A DNA stretch of 44,537 bases from a phage: the NCBI GenBank assembly GCA_034027115.1, contig GCA_034027115.1_4703.1, one strand, 5' to 3'. The notes below the pieces were generated by a model that ran no database searches, was not told where the DNA came from, and saw only the letters and a list, made by a program, of their open reading frames with translations. Made by a program: the position numbers and the translations under genes. How positions within the stretch are numbered: position 1 is the stretch's first letter; each line of letters begins with the position of its first letter. Below, piece by piece: positions 28,332 through 38,406 of the stretch.

Positions 28332-29069
28332 ATGCCTGTTATTAAACAACAAAGTTACACTGGCTATACTGTCTCAGATGTAGCCTTTCAAGTGATTGAT
28401 AGTAAGCTGGAGGCTGTTAACCTTTGTATGCGAGCCATTGGTCGTGAGGGTGTGGATTCTCTCGACTCAGGCGACCTTGATGCTGAAGATGCTAGCAAAA
28501 TGATTGATATCGTCTCCCAACGTTTCCAATACAACAAAGGCGGTGGCTGGTGGTTCAATCGTGAACCTAACTGGCAGCTTGCACCAGACACGAACGGTGA
28601 GATTAACTTGCCTAATAACTGCCTAGCTGTATTGCAGTGCTACGCATTGGGTGAGAAGAAAGTGCCTATGACTATGCGTGCAGGTAAGCTCTACTCTACT
28701 TGGAGTCACACCTTTGATATGCGTAAGCATGTTAATGCTAATGGTATGATTCGTCTTACCTTACTCACCTTACTACCCTACGAGCATTTACCTACAAGTG
28801 TAATGCAGGCTATTGCCTATCAAGCTGCTGTAGAGTTTATTGTGTCTAAGGATGCAGATCAGACTAAGCTAGCCACTGCGCAGCAGATAGCCACTCAGCT
28901 TCTTATGGATGTACAATCTGAGCAAATGTCACAGAAGCGATTAAACATGCTGGTACATAACCCCACTCAGCGTCAGTTTGGTATCATGGCTGGTGGCTCT
29001 CAGAATGTACCTGCTTACTCTCATTCACCTTATGAGAGTTGGGCGCTCCGTCCGTGGGAGGATCGTTAA
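28332..29069 (+). CDS. Tail tubular protein A (T7 gp11-like).
   Basis: AGGAGG SD before ATG 28332; conserved GGGWWFN motif (T7 gp11 has GWTFN); position. Confidence 0.88.
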   Translation: MPVIKQQSYTGYTVSDVAFQVIDSKLEAVNLCMRAIGREGVDSLDSGDLDAEDASKMIDIVSQRFQYNKGGGWWFNREPNWQLAPDTNGEINLPNNCLAVLQCYALGEKKVPMTMRAGKLYSTWSHTFDMRKHVNANGMIRLTLLTLLPYEHLPTSVMQAIAYQAAVEFIVSKDADQTKLATAQQIATQLLMDVQSEQMSQKRLNMLVHNPTQRQFGIMAGGSQNVPAYSHSPYESWALRPWEDR

Positions 29070-31471
29070 TGGAAGTACAAGGTTCATTAGGTAGACAAAT
29101 CCAAGGGATTAGCCAGCAGCCGCCAGCGGTACGCTTGGATGGTCAGTGCACAGCTATGGTTAATATGATACCTGATGTAGTGAATGGTACTCAATCACGC
29201 ATGGGTACAACTCATATTGCAAAGATACTTGATGCTGGGACTGATGACATGGCTATTCATCATTATCGCAGAGGTGATGGTGATGAAGAGTATTTCTTCA
29301 CGTTGAAGAAAGGACAAGTTCCTGAGATATTTGATAAGTATGGGCGCAAATGTAATGTGACTTCACAAGATGCACCTATGACCTACCTCTCTGAGGTTGT
29401 TAATCCAAGGGAAGATGTACAATTCATGACGATAGCTGATGTTACTTTCATGCTTAATCGTAGGAAAGTAGTTAAAGCTAGTAACAGGAAGTCACCTAAA
29501 GTTGGAAACAAAGCCATTGTGTTTTGTGCGTATGGTCAATATGGTACATCTTATTCCATTGTAATTAATGGGACCAACGCTGCTAGTTTTAAAACACCGG
29601 ATGGTGGAAGTGCAGACCATGTTGAACAAATTCGAACTGAACGTATCACTTCTGAATTGTACTCTAAGTTGCAGCAATGGAGCGGTATGAGTGACTATGA
29701 AATACAAAGAGACGGTACTAGTATATTTATCGAGAGACGGGATGGTGCTAGCTTTACAATAACAACCACCGATGGTGCAAAAGGTAAGGACTTAGTGGCT
29801 ATCAAGAATAAAGTTAGCTCTACTGACCTACTCCCTTCTCGTGCGCCTGCTGGTTATAAAGTACAAGTGTGGCCTACTGGCAGCAAACCTGAGTCTCGTT
29901 ACTGGCTGCAAGCTGAGCCTAAAGAGGGAAACCTTGTATCTTGGAAAGAAACAATAGCTGCCGATGTATTACTTGGGTTTGATAAAGGCACAATGCCTTA
30001 TATCATTGAACGTACAGGTATCTTAGACGGCATAGCTCAATTCAAGATAAGACAAGGCGATTGGGAAGATCGTAAAGTAGGAGATGACCTGACTAACCCT
30101 ATGCCTTCTTTTATTGATGAAGAAGTACCTCAGACAATAGGTGGGATGTTCATGGTGCAGAACCGCCTATGCTTTACAGCAGGTGAAGCTGTTATTGCCT
30201 CTCGTACATCATACTTCTTCGATTTCTTTCGTTATACGGTTATCTCTGCATTGGCGACTGACCCATTTGATATTTTCTCAGATGCTAGTGAAGTCTACCA
30301 GCTAAAACATGCAGTGACCTTAGATGGCGCTACCGTGTTGTTCTCTGATAAGTCACAATTCATACTGCCAGGAGATAAGCCTTTAGAGAAGTCAAATGCA
30401 TTGCTTAAGCCTGTTACAACATTTGAAGTGAACAATAAAGTGAAGCCAGTAGTAACTGGTGAATCGGTAATGTTTGCCACTAATGATGGTTCTTACTCTG
30501 GTGTACGAGAGTTCTATACAGACTCTTATAGTGACACTAAGAAGGCACAAGCAATCACAAGTCATGTGAATAAACTCATCGAAGGTAACATTACCAACAT
30601 GGCAGCAAGCACCAATGTCAACAGGTTACTTGTCACTACCGATAAGTATCGTAACATAATCTACTGCTACGATTGGTTATGGCAAGGAACAGACCGTGTA
30701 CAATCAGCATGGCATGTGTGGAAGTGGCCTATAGGTACAAAGGTGCGAGGTATGTTTTATTCTGGCGAATTACTTTACCTGCTCCTTGAGAGAGGCAATG
30801 GTGTCTATCTGGAGAAGATGGATATGGGTGATGCATTAACCTATGGTTTAAATGATCGCATCCGAATGGATAGACAGGCAGAGTTAATCTTCCAGCATTT
30901 CAAAGCAGAAGATGAATGGGTATCTGAACCACTCCCTTGGGTTCCTACTAACCCAGAACTTTTAGATTGCATCTTAATCGAGGGTTGGGATTCATATATT
31001 GGTGGTTCTTTCCTATTCAAATACAACCCCGGTGATAACACCTTGTCTACAACCTTTGATATGCATGATGATAGCCACGTAAAAGCGAAGGTTATTGTTG
31101 GTCAGATTTACCCTCAAGAGTTTGAACCAACACCTGTAGTTATCAGAGATAGGCAAGACCGTGTATCCTATATTGATGTACCTGTTGTGGGATTAGTTCA
31201 CCTTAATCTTGATATGTATCCTGATTTCTCCGTGGAGGTTAAGAATGTGAAGAGGGGTAAAGTACGCAGGGTGCTAGCGTCAAACCGTATAGGTGGTGCT
31301 CTCAACAATACAGTAGGTTATGTTGAACCAAGAGAAGGTGTCTTCAGATTCCCACTGAGAGCTAAGAGTACGGATGCTGTTTATCGTATTATTGTAGAAT
31401 CACCTCACACATTCCAGCTTCGTGATATTGAGTGGGAAGGGAGCTACAATCCAACCAAAAGGAGGGTCTAA
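29069..31471 (+). CDS. Tail tubular protein B (T7 gp12-like).
   Basis: ATG overlaps the upstream stop (TAATG); N-terminal GISQQPPAVRLDGQ resembles the gp12 N-terminus (GISQQP); about 800 aa. Confidence 0.9.
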   Translation: MEVQGSLGRQIQGISQQPPAVRLDGQCTAMVNMIPDVVNGTQSRMGTTHIAKILDAGTDDMAIHHYRRGDGDEEYFFTLKKGQVPEIFDKYGRKCNVTSQDAPMTYLSEVVNPREDVQFMTIADVTFMLNRRKVVKASNRKSPKVGNKAIVFCAYGQYGTSYSIVINGTNAASFKTPDGGSADHVEQIRTERITSELYSKLQQWSGMSDYEIQRDGTSIFIERRDGASFTITTTDGAKGKDLVAIKNKVSSTDLLPSRAPAGYKVQVWPTGSKPESRYWLQAEPKEGNLVSWKETIAADVLLGFDKGTMPYIIERTGILDGIAQFKIRQGDWEDRKVGDDLTNPMPSFIDEEVPQTIGGMFMVQNRLCFTAGEAVIASRTSYFFDFFRYTVISALATDPFDIFSDASEVYQLKHAVTLDGATVLFSDKSQFILPGDKPLEKSNALLKPVTTFEVNNKVKPVVTGESVMFATNDGSYSGVREFYTDSYSDTKKAQAITSHVNKLIEGNITNMAASTNVNRLLVTTDKYRNIIYCYDWLWQGTDRVQSAWHVWKWPIGTKVRGMFYSGELLYLLLERGNGVYLEKMDMGDALTYGLNDRIRMDRQAELIFQHFKAEDEWVSEPLPWVPTNPELLDCILIEGWDSYIGGSFLFKYNPGDNTLSTTFDMHDDSHVKAKVIVGQIYPQEFEPTPVVIRDRQDRVSYIDVPVVGLVHLNLDMYPDFSVEVKNVKRGKVRRVLASNRIGGALNNTVGYVEPREGVFRFPLRAKSTDAVYRIIVESPHTFQLRDIEWEGSYNPTKRRV

Positions 31472-32196
31472 TGGCTATAGGTTCAGCCGTTATGGCTGGT
31501 ATGTCTTCTATTGGTAGTATGTTTGCAGGTAGCGGTGCAGCAGCCGCAGCAGGAGGGACAGCCGCCGCAGGTGGCGGAGGTTTGCTTGGCTCCCTTGGTA
31601 GTTTCTTAGGAGGTTCTTCTGCTGGCTTCTCTAATGCAGGACTGCTTAGTGCAGGTATGCAAGGTCTTGGTCTTCTAGGCAATCTTTTTGGTGGAAGTGA
31701 TGAAGCCAAAGCTATGAAGAAAGCTCAGGAGGAGCAATGGCGGCAGCAGTTAATTGCTACACAAGAAGCATATAAGACAGTAGCAGATGCAGAACGCTCT
31801 GCTGCTAAACAGTATCATGCAGATGCAATCAGTAATCAGGCTTCACTGCTACAGCAAAGAGCACAGGTTGCATTACTTGCTGGTGCTACTGGTACTGGTG
31901 GTAACTCTGTGTCTTCTATGCTGAATGACTTAGCAGCAGAAGGCGGAAGGAACCAGAGTACAATTATCGATAACTATGAGAATCAGAAGATTAACTTCAC
32001 CAACCAGCTTAAGTCCATCCAACGGGGTGGTCAGATGCAGATGCGTGAGTTTAAGAAACCTTCTGCCGTGAGCACCTTGGTGCAAGGTATACCGAGTCTG
32101 GCATCTGCCTATGTAACAGGTAGTAAGTCCGGCATGGCTTTAGGTAAAGCTTTAACTGATTCTCGTACATATTCATCTGGAACAAGAGGTATTTAA
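31471..32196 (+). CDS. Internal virion protein (Gly/Ala-rich N-terminus, about 241 aa).
   Basis: AAGGAGGG SD; start overlaps tail tube B stop; position equivalent to T7 gp13/gp14. Confidence 0.75.
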   Translation: MAIGSAVMAGMSSIGSMFAGSGAAAAAGGTAAAGGGGLLGSLGSFLGGSSAGFSNAGLLSAGMQGLGLLGNLFGGSDEAKAMKKAQEEQWRQQLIATQEAYKTVADAERSAAKQYHADAISNQASLLQQRAQVALLAGATGTGGNSVSSMLNDLAAEGGRNQSTIIDNYENQKINFTNQLKSIQRGGQMQMREFKKPSAVSTLVQGIPSLASAYVTGSKSGMALGKALTDSRTYSSGTRGI

Positions 32197-35144
32197 TGGC
32201 AATTGAGCGACAAGCAGTACAAGGTCTGCCACAAGTGCAGGCCACTTCTCCTAATGTCATGACCTTTGCACCTCAGCAAGTTGGAGGTGTGGAGGCTGGC
32301 GTAGCTTCTACCTCCGGTAGTCGATTTATCGAAGACCTTATTCGAGCAGCCAGTAGTGTAGCTGATGTTACCACGGGTATCCTTAATCAGAAGATTGAGG
32401 AGGATAAGGTTGTTCAAATGGAACAGGCATATAATGGATTAATGCCCTCTGAGGATGCAACTCGTGGTGGCGCTCGTGCTAACATGCTTGTCAAAGCTCA
32501 ACTGCTAGCTAATGATGAAGCAGCACGAATGAAAGACATGGCTACTCGTTTCCAAGGAACGGATGACGAGTGGACACAACTTATGGTTGACTCTCGTAAT
32601 GAGATGCAGAATAAGCTGTTCCAGCAATACCCTGAGTTGCAAGGTGACAAAGATACTATGCGTATGGTCACTAATGTCTTCCAAGAACAGCAGCCTCAGA
32701 TTTGGGCTACACGAACCCAGCATAAACTTGACCGTGAACAAGCAGACCGTGAGGATACCTTTGACGGGCGAGTGGCTTCTACTTGGGATTCTAATATTGA
32801 CCCTGAAGCCTCTGGCTATGCTTTACAGGAACGAATCCGCGAAGGTCTTACTCAAGGATTACTACCTGAACAGATGCACAAGAAGTTAGTCCAGCGAGCA
32901 ATTTCACTTGCACAAGGCGGTGATGTTAGCATGGCTGAAGCCCTGAAGTATGTGAAGGACGATAAGGGTGTTTCTGTTTATGCTAAGAATCCACAGCTTA
33001 TCACAGCCATCACTAGTGGTAATGCAGTTTGGGCTAGGAATAATGTAGCTGATGTAACTCGTATGTCTTTCGAAGTTAAAGAATCATACCTTGCAGGTGA
33101 TTTAACTGATGAAGAATTGTTGGAACGAGCACAGCACATTAATAATCTGACAGGTAACTCTGTCTTCTCTAACCCAGAACTAGAGGCACTGATGCGCCAA
33201 CGAGCTAAGCAGAATGCAGAGCTAGGTGCAATGCAGGATATGCGCCGTGAGCTTTACTCCGACCGCCTGACTGGCTTCCAAGGTAAGACTGATAAAGAGA
33301 AGAAGGCTTACATTGATGTTATCAAACAAGATAGCCAACTTTATGCAGACCAGCAAATCAAACAACGTGGCTTGGACCCTTACAGTCAAGAGGCTGAAGC
33401 TATTCGTGGTGCAGTGGAAGTGCAGCGCCTACAATTCATGAACTCCAAAGGCTTAGTGGATGATACCTTTGAGTCTCGTATCAAAGCCATGGAATCTATG
33501 CTATCTCCTGAGCACTTTGCCAAGGGCGAACCACAAGAGTTGATGACTATTCGCCAGTTGTGGGAACAGTTGCCAGAAGAGAGCCGAGGTGTCTTTGGTG
33601 ACACGGTGAATGGCTACATGGATAACTACAACACTGCACTACAAATGGGAGAGACACCTTTGCAGGCTGCAAGGTTTGCGCGTGAAGCACAGCAGAAATT
33701 CTCTCGTACTGAGAAGGAAACCAAGAAGTTCAACTCAGCTATTGGAGATGCACTGGATGAGGTATCTGGTGCTGGCTGGTTCGATGGTAAAACCGAAGTG
33801 TCAGACTTAGGTAAAGCTATTGCAGAAGAGGAGTTACGAGCTAAGGCTAATATGCTGTGGTCTAGTGGTATGCGTAACATGGATTCCATCAAGAAGGCTT
33901 TAATTACTTGGGGCAATAAACGCTACACTCAATCAGAGGATGCAAAGACTTCCGGTGGCTATTTCATTAAAGGTGATTACACTTCTGCATCTGATATGCT
34001 TATGTCAGTTGGGAAAGGCGTAAATCCTACTGATGTACCTCTGGCGCTTGGTAGGTATGTAGAAACACAGATGCCAGAATTGAAGAAGGAGCTTCAAGAG
34101 TGGGAAACTAAAGATGATATATACATTGATTACAATGAACAGAAAGGTACTTTCGTGATTCGTGCTGGTGCAGCAGGTCGCCCTCTTTCTGGAGTAATCC
34201 CTGTAACCTCTTTAGATACCACTTCACTACTAGATTCTGCCTATCAGAAGAAAGTAGAGGAACGAGATAAAGGCGAGTATGTTCACCCTTATCGTACAGA
34301 TATTGGTGCACAAGAGCCTATGCCAGCTAAACCAACTGCCAAAGATATTGGTAAATTTGGACTAGCTAACTTCCTCATGTCTTCTGCTTTTGCTTCTGGT
34401 GAGAATCTGCCTTCTAACTTCGAGATTAACTATCGAGGTAATATGCAACAATTCTATGACAAGCTAGCTATGGATGAGAATAAAGATAAAGTTGGCTTTA
34501 ATAAGGCAACTGGAACCTTTACTCCATATAAAGATGCTCACGGTGAGTCTATCGGTTACGGTCATTTCTTAACGGAAGAAGAGAAGCGAAACGGGTATAT
34601 TAAGATTGGTGATGAACTAGTTCCCTATCGAGGGTCTATGTCTCAGCTTACAGAGAGCAAGGCTCGCGCTCTTATGGAGCAAGATGCCAAGAAGCATGTG
34701 CCTCCTACTCGTGACTGGAAGATTCCGTTTGACCAGATGCATCCTGCACAGCAACGTGGCTTGATGGATTTAACCTACAATTTAGGTAAAGGTGGAATCC
34801 AGAACTCACCGCGTGCTCTTGCTGCATTCAAAGCTGGTAAGCTTACGGAAGGCTTTATCGAAATGCTGGGCACTGCATCAAGTGAAGGTAAGCGTATCCC
34901 TGGTCTACTGAAGCGACGCGCTGAGGCATACAATATGGCATCTGCTGGTGGTGTGCCTAAGATTACCGAAGTGGAGACTCGTGAAGATGGCTCCATGTGG
35001 GTTAGGTTTGGTGGACCTATGCCAGCAGGTTCTGTCTCGGCATGGACTCATAAACGTATTGGCGCGGATGGTTGGTATCAGGTTTATGAGGCTGCACCTA
35101 CCAAGTTAGCTAAAGGTTCTAAGGTAGGTAAATTTAAGTTGTAG
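32196..35144 (+). CDS. Internal virion (ejection) protein, 982 aa, with an embedded lysozyme-like (T4-lysozyme/GH24-type) domain in the C-terminal third.
   Basis: KDAHGESIGYGHFLTEEE...MDLTYNLGKGG...GLLKRRAEAYNMA resembles the catalytic N-terminus and C-terminal lobe of phage lysozymes; position equivalent to T7 gp15. Confidence 0.85.
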   Translation: MAIERQAVQGLPQVQATSPNVMTFAPQQVGGVEAGVASTSGSRFIEDLIRAASSVADVTTGILNQKIEEDKVVQMEQAYNGLMPSEDATRGGARANMLVKAQLLANDEAARMKDMATRFQGTDDEWTQLMVDSRNEMQNKLFQQYPELQGDKDTMRMVTNVFQEQQPQIWATRTQHKLDREQADREDTFDGRVASTWDSNIDPEASGYALQERIREGLTQGLLPEQMHKKLVQRAISLAQGGDVSMAEALKYVKDDKGVSVYAKNPQLITAITSGNAVWARNNVADVTRMSFEVKESYLAGDLTDEELLERAQHINNLTGNSVFSNPELEALMRQRAKQNAELGAMQDMRRELYSDRLTGFQGKTDKEKKAYIDVIKQDSQLYADQQIKQRGLDPYSQEAEAIRGAVEVQRLQFMNSKGLVDDTFESRIKAMESMLSPEHFAKGEPQELMTIRQLWEQLPEESRGVFGDTVNGYMDNYNTALQMGETPLQAARFAREAQQKFSRTEKETKKFNSAIGDALDEVSGAGWFDGKTEVSDLGKAIAEEELRAKANMLWSSGMRNMDSIKKALITWGNKRYTQSEDAKTSGGYFIKGDYTSASDMLMSVGKGVNPTDVPLALGRYVETQMPELKKELQEWETKDDIYIDYNEQKGTFVIRAGAAGRPLSGVIPVTSLDTTSLLDSAYQKKVEERDKGEYVHPYRTDIGAQEPMPAKPTAKDIGKFGLANFLMSSAFASGENLPSNFEINYRGNMQQFYDKLAMDENKDKVGFNKATGTFTPYKDAHGESIGYGHFLTEEEKRNGYIKIGDELVPYRGSMSQLTESKARALMEQDAKKHVPPTRDWKIPFDQMHPAQQRGLMDLTYNLGKGGIQNSPRALAAFKAGKLTEGFIEMLGTASSEGKRIPGLLKRRAEAYNMASAGGVPKITEVETREDGSMWVRFGGPMPAGSVSAWTHKRIGADGWYQVYEAAPTKLAKGSKVGKFKL

Positions 35145-35161
35145 TATCTAACTCAAGGCTT

Positions 35162-35177
35162 GTCTCACATGTGAGAC
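35162..35177. repeat. Copy 6 of palindrome GTCTCACATGTGAGAC (extended stem, U-rich tail).
   Basis: Exact read: ggcttGTCTCACATGTGAGACaggtctttatg. Confidence 0.9.
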
Positions 35178-35208
35178 AGGTCTTTATGATAGGCACTATG
35201 GAGGAATT

Positions 35209-38200
35209 ATGGAACAAGACATTAAGACTAATTGGGCTGGATATGTCCAGTCTACTCCTGAGCCGTTTTCTATTGAGGCGGCTCCGGTATCGGCTCCTAC
35301 GATACGCCAGCGTAATGAGTTACAAGAGCAAGTTCTTGAAGCTAAAGCTGATGCTGATATCTTAGGTGCTGTAGGTGCTGCCTTCCAGAATGAGTGGTTG
35401 GCATTCGGAGGCAAGCGGTGGTATGACCGTGCCACTGCTGATTTCACACCTCAACCAGACTTCGAGATACAACCTGAGCAACGTGAAGCACTACGTTTCA
35501 AATATGGTACAGATATGATGCAGACAATCACTGAGGGTGTTCGTTCTGAGGGTGAATTGAACTTCCGTATTCAGAATGCTGATGAAGACCTTGAGCGCAA
35601 TAAGCGCATTGCTCAGGCTGGCTGGGTTGGCTCTGTGGCGACGATTGGCGCTGCTGTGCTTGACCCAGTGGGTTGGGTTGCCTCTATCCCAACTGGCGGT
35701 GCAGCCAAAGTCGGCCTCGTAGGTCGTGCCGTGCGTGGCGCTATCGCCGCTGGCGTGAGCAATGCCGCTATTGAATCCGTATTGGTCCAAGGTGACATGA
35801 CTCGTGATTTAGATGACATTATGGTAGCACTAGGTTCTGGTATGGCTATGGGTGGCGTTATTGGCGCTGTAGCGCGTGGTAGGGCCACTAAGCTCAGTGA
35901 GCAAGGGGATGACAGGGCTGCGAGCATTGTGCGCAGTGCAGACGCAGGGGACCGCTATGTGCGTGCTGTTGCTGATGACAGTATCGGTGCGATGCGTGTT
36001 AAGGGCGAAGAGGTACTCACTGAGGGCGCATTTGATATATCTAGTAAAGGCGAAGACTTGCTGAAAACATTGCAGAGGGAGGGGAACTCTATTGATATGA
36101 CCCCTCGCCGCTGGGCCGGAACCATGTCTGCCCTTGGGACTGTCGTGCACTCCTCTCATGATGCTAGTGTTCGTGGCCTCGGTGCTCGCCTGTTTGAGTC
36201 TCCGCAAGGTTTAGGTATGCAAAAGGCATCTGCCAGTCTTATGCAGAATACCAACTTGAATCGCCTGAAGTCTGCTGATATGAACCGTTTCAATGACGGG
36301 TTTGACTTATGGCTCAAAGAAAATAATATCAATCCAGTTGCAGGCCATACTAACTCTCACTATGTGCAGCAATATAATGAGAAGGTATGGGAAGCTGTAC
36401 GCATCGGTATGGATGAGTCTACGCCTAAGTCTATCCGTATGGCAGCAGAGGGGCAGCAAGCTATGTACCGAGAAGCCTTAGCTTTAAGGAAGCGCTCCGG
36501 TGAAGCTGGCTTTGAAAACATTAAAGCAGATAGTAAGTATATGCCTGATATCTTTGACACTATGAAAGCTCGCCGTCAATTTGATAGGATAGGAAAGGAT
36601 ATAGATAAAGAAGATATCATTGAGTTATTCTCTCGTGCTTATCAGAACGGCGCTCGTAAAATTCCAAAAGAAGTAGCGGATGAAATTGCACGAGCACAAG
36701 TAAACCGTGTTGTGGATGCCACTCTGACAGGACGTATGAGTTTCGAAAAGGCTATGTCTGGTCAGACTAAAGCCGAGTATGAAGCAATAATGCGCAAGGC
36801 AGGCTTCAGTGATGAAGAAATTGAAAAGATGGTAGAAGCTCTGGATAACAAAGAAACCAGAGATAACATCTCTAACCGAGCTAAAATGAGTTTAGGACTA
36901 GATGTTACTCAAGAATACAATGGTATTCGTATGCGTGACTTCATGAATACCAACGTGGAAGAGCTAACAGATAACTATATGAAGGAGGCAGCAGGTGGCG
37001 CTGCATTGGCCCGTCAAGGATTCTCTACCTATCAGGCTGCACTTAATGCAATTGACCTTGTAGAGCGAAATGCACGAAACGCGGCTAAGGATAGCAAGGC
37101 TAGCTTAGCACTAGATGAAGAGATTCGTCAAATGCGAGAAGGGCTTCGCTTGATTATGGGTAAATCTATCGATGTAGACCCACAGGCTTTGTCTACTAAA
37201 ATACTGCGACGTGGTCGTGACATTACAGGTGTACTTCGCTTAGGTCAGATGGGCTTCGCACAGCTAGGCGAACTTGCTAACTTCATGGGTGAGTTTGGTA
37301 TTGCTGCAACCACTATAGCTTTAGGTAAGCAATTCCGCTTTACATCTAAGGCTTTGCGGAGCGGTGATGGCTTCTTTCGAGATAAGAATTTGGCAGAAGT
37401 AGAGAGAATGGTAGGTTACATTGGTGAGGATAACTGGCTAACAACCAAGGGTGCACGTCCAGATGAGTTTGGTGATGTAACCACAGTAAAAGGAATGATG
37501 GCTCACTTTGACCAATCCATGAACTCAATACGTCGTGCTCAGACCAACCTATCACTTTTCCGCATGGCACAGGGTTCTCTGGAGCGAATGACCAATAGGC
37601 AAATAGCTTTGTCTTTCATTGACCACCTTGAAGGCAAGAAGATTATTCCTCAGAAGAAACTGGAGGAACTTGGTCTTACTCAGGAGTTCATGACTAATCT
37701 ACAGAAGCACTATGATGCTAACTCTAAAGGTTCTGGCTTGCTTGGCTTTGATACAATGCCTTATGCCATGGGTGAAACTTTAGCTAATGCTATTCGTCGT
37801 AAGTCAGGTCTAATTATCCAACGTAACTTCATTGGTGATGAAGGTATCTGGATGAACAAAGCACTAGGTAAGACATTTGCACAGCTTAAGTCATTCTCTC
37901 TTGTATCTGGTGAGAAGCAATTTGGTCGAGGGATTCGCCACGATAAAATTGGTCTTGCTAAGAAGACAGCTTACGGGTTTGCTTTGGGTTCAATAGTGTA
38001 TGCGGCAAAAGCCTATGTGAACTCTATTGGGCGAGAAGACCAAGATGAATATTTGGAAGAGAAGTTATCTCCTAAAGGGTTGGCCTTTGGTGCAATGGGT
38101 ATGATGAGTACAACTGCTGTATTTAGTCTAGGTGGAGATTTCTTAGGTGGCCTAGGTGTTCTACCTTCTGAGTTAGTACAATCCCGTTATGAGGCTGGCT

Positions 38201-38406
38201 TTCAGACTAAGGGTTTGATAGACCAAATACCACTAGTAGGTGTTGGTCAAGATGCATATCGTTTAGCAGATTCTATAACTAAATATGCAGAAGGTGATAC
38301 AGAAGGTGTAGATGTGGCACGTAGGGCTTTACGCTTAGTGCCTCTAACTAATGTAATAGGAATCCAGAACGCATTGCGTTATGGCTTAGATGAACTGGAG
38401 GATTGA
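35209..38406 (+). CDS. Large internal virion/ejection protein (1065 aa), T7 gp16-equivalent.
   Basis: GGAGGA SD; size; position between internal virion protein and tail adaptor. Confidence 0.85.
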   Translation: MEQDIKTNWAGYVQSTPEPFSIEAAPVSAPTIRQRNELQEQVLEAKADADILGAVGAAFQNEWLAFGGKRWYDRATADFTPQPDFEIQPEQREALRFKYGTDMMQTITEGVRSEGELNFRIQNADEDLERNKRIAQAGWVGSVATIGAAVLDPVGWVASIPTGGAAKVGLVGRAVRGAIAAGVSNAAIESVLVQGDMTRDLDDIMVALGSGMAMGGVIGAVARGRATKLSEQGDDRAASIVRSADAGDRYVRAVADDSIGAMRVKGEEVLTEGAFDISSKGEDLLKTLQREGNSIDMTPRRWAGTMSALGTVVHSSHDASVRGLGARLFESPQGLGMQKASASLMQNTNLNRLKSADMNRFNDGFDLWLKENNINPVAGHTNSHYVQQYNEKVWEAVRIGMDESTPKSIRMAAEGQQAMYREALALRKRSGEAGFENIKADSKYMPDIFDTMKARRQFDRIGKDIDKEDIIELFSRAYQNGARKIPKEVADEIARAQVNRVVDATLTGRMSFEKAMSGQTKAEYEAIMRKAGFSDEEIEKMVEALDNKETRDNISNRAKMSLGLDVTQEYNGIRMRDFMNTNVEELTDNYMKEAAGGAALARQGFSTYQAALNAIDLVERNARNAAKDSKASLALDEEIRQMREGLRLIMGKSIDVDPQALSTKILRRGRDITGVLRLGQMGFAQLGELANFMGEFGIAATTIALGKQFRFTSKALRSGDGFFRDKNLAEVERMVGYIGEDNWLTTKGARPDEFGDVTTVKGMMAHFDQSMNSIRRAQTNLSLFRMAQGSLERMTNRQIALSFIDHLEGKKIIPQKKLEELGLTQEFMTNLQKHYDANSKGSGLLGFDTMPYAMGETLANAIRRKSGLIIQRNFIGDEGIWMNKALGKTFAQLKSFSLVSGEKQFGRGIRHDKIGLAKKTAYGFALGSIVYAAKAYVNSIGREDQDEYLEEKLSPKGLAFGAMGMMSTTAVFSLGGDFLGGLGVLPSELVQSRYEAGFQTKGLIDQIPLVGVGQDAYRLADSITKYAEGDTEGVDVARRALRLVPLTNVIGIQNALRYGLDELED

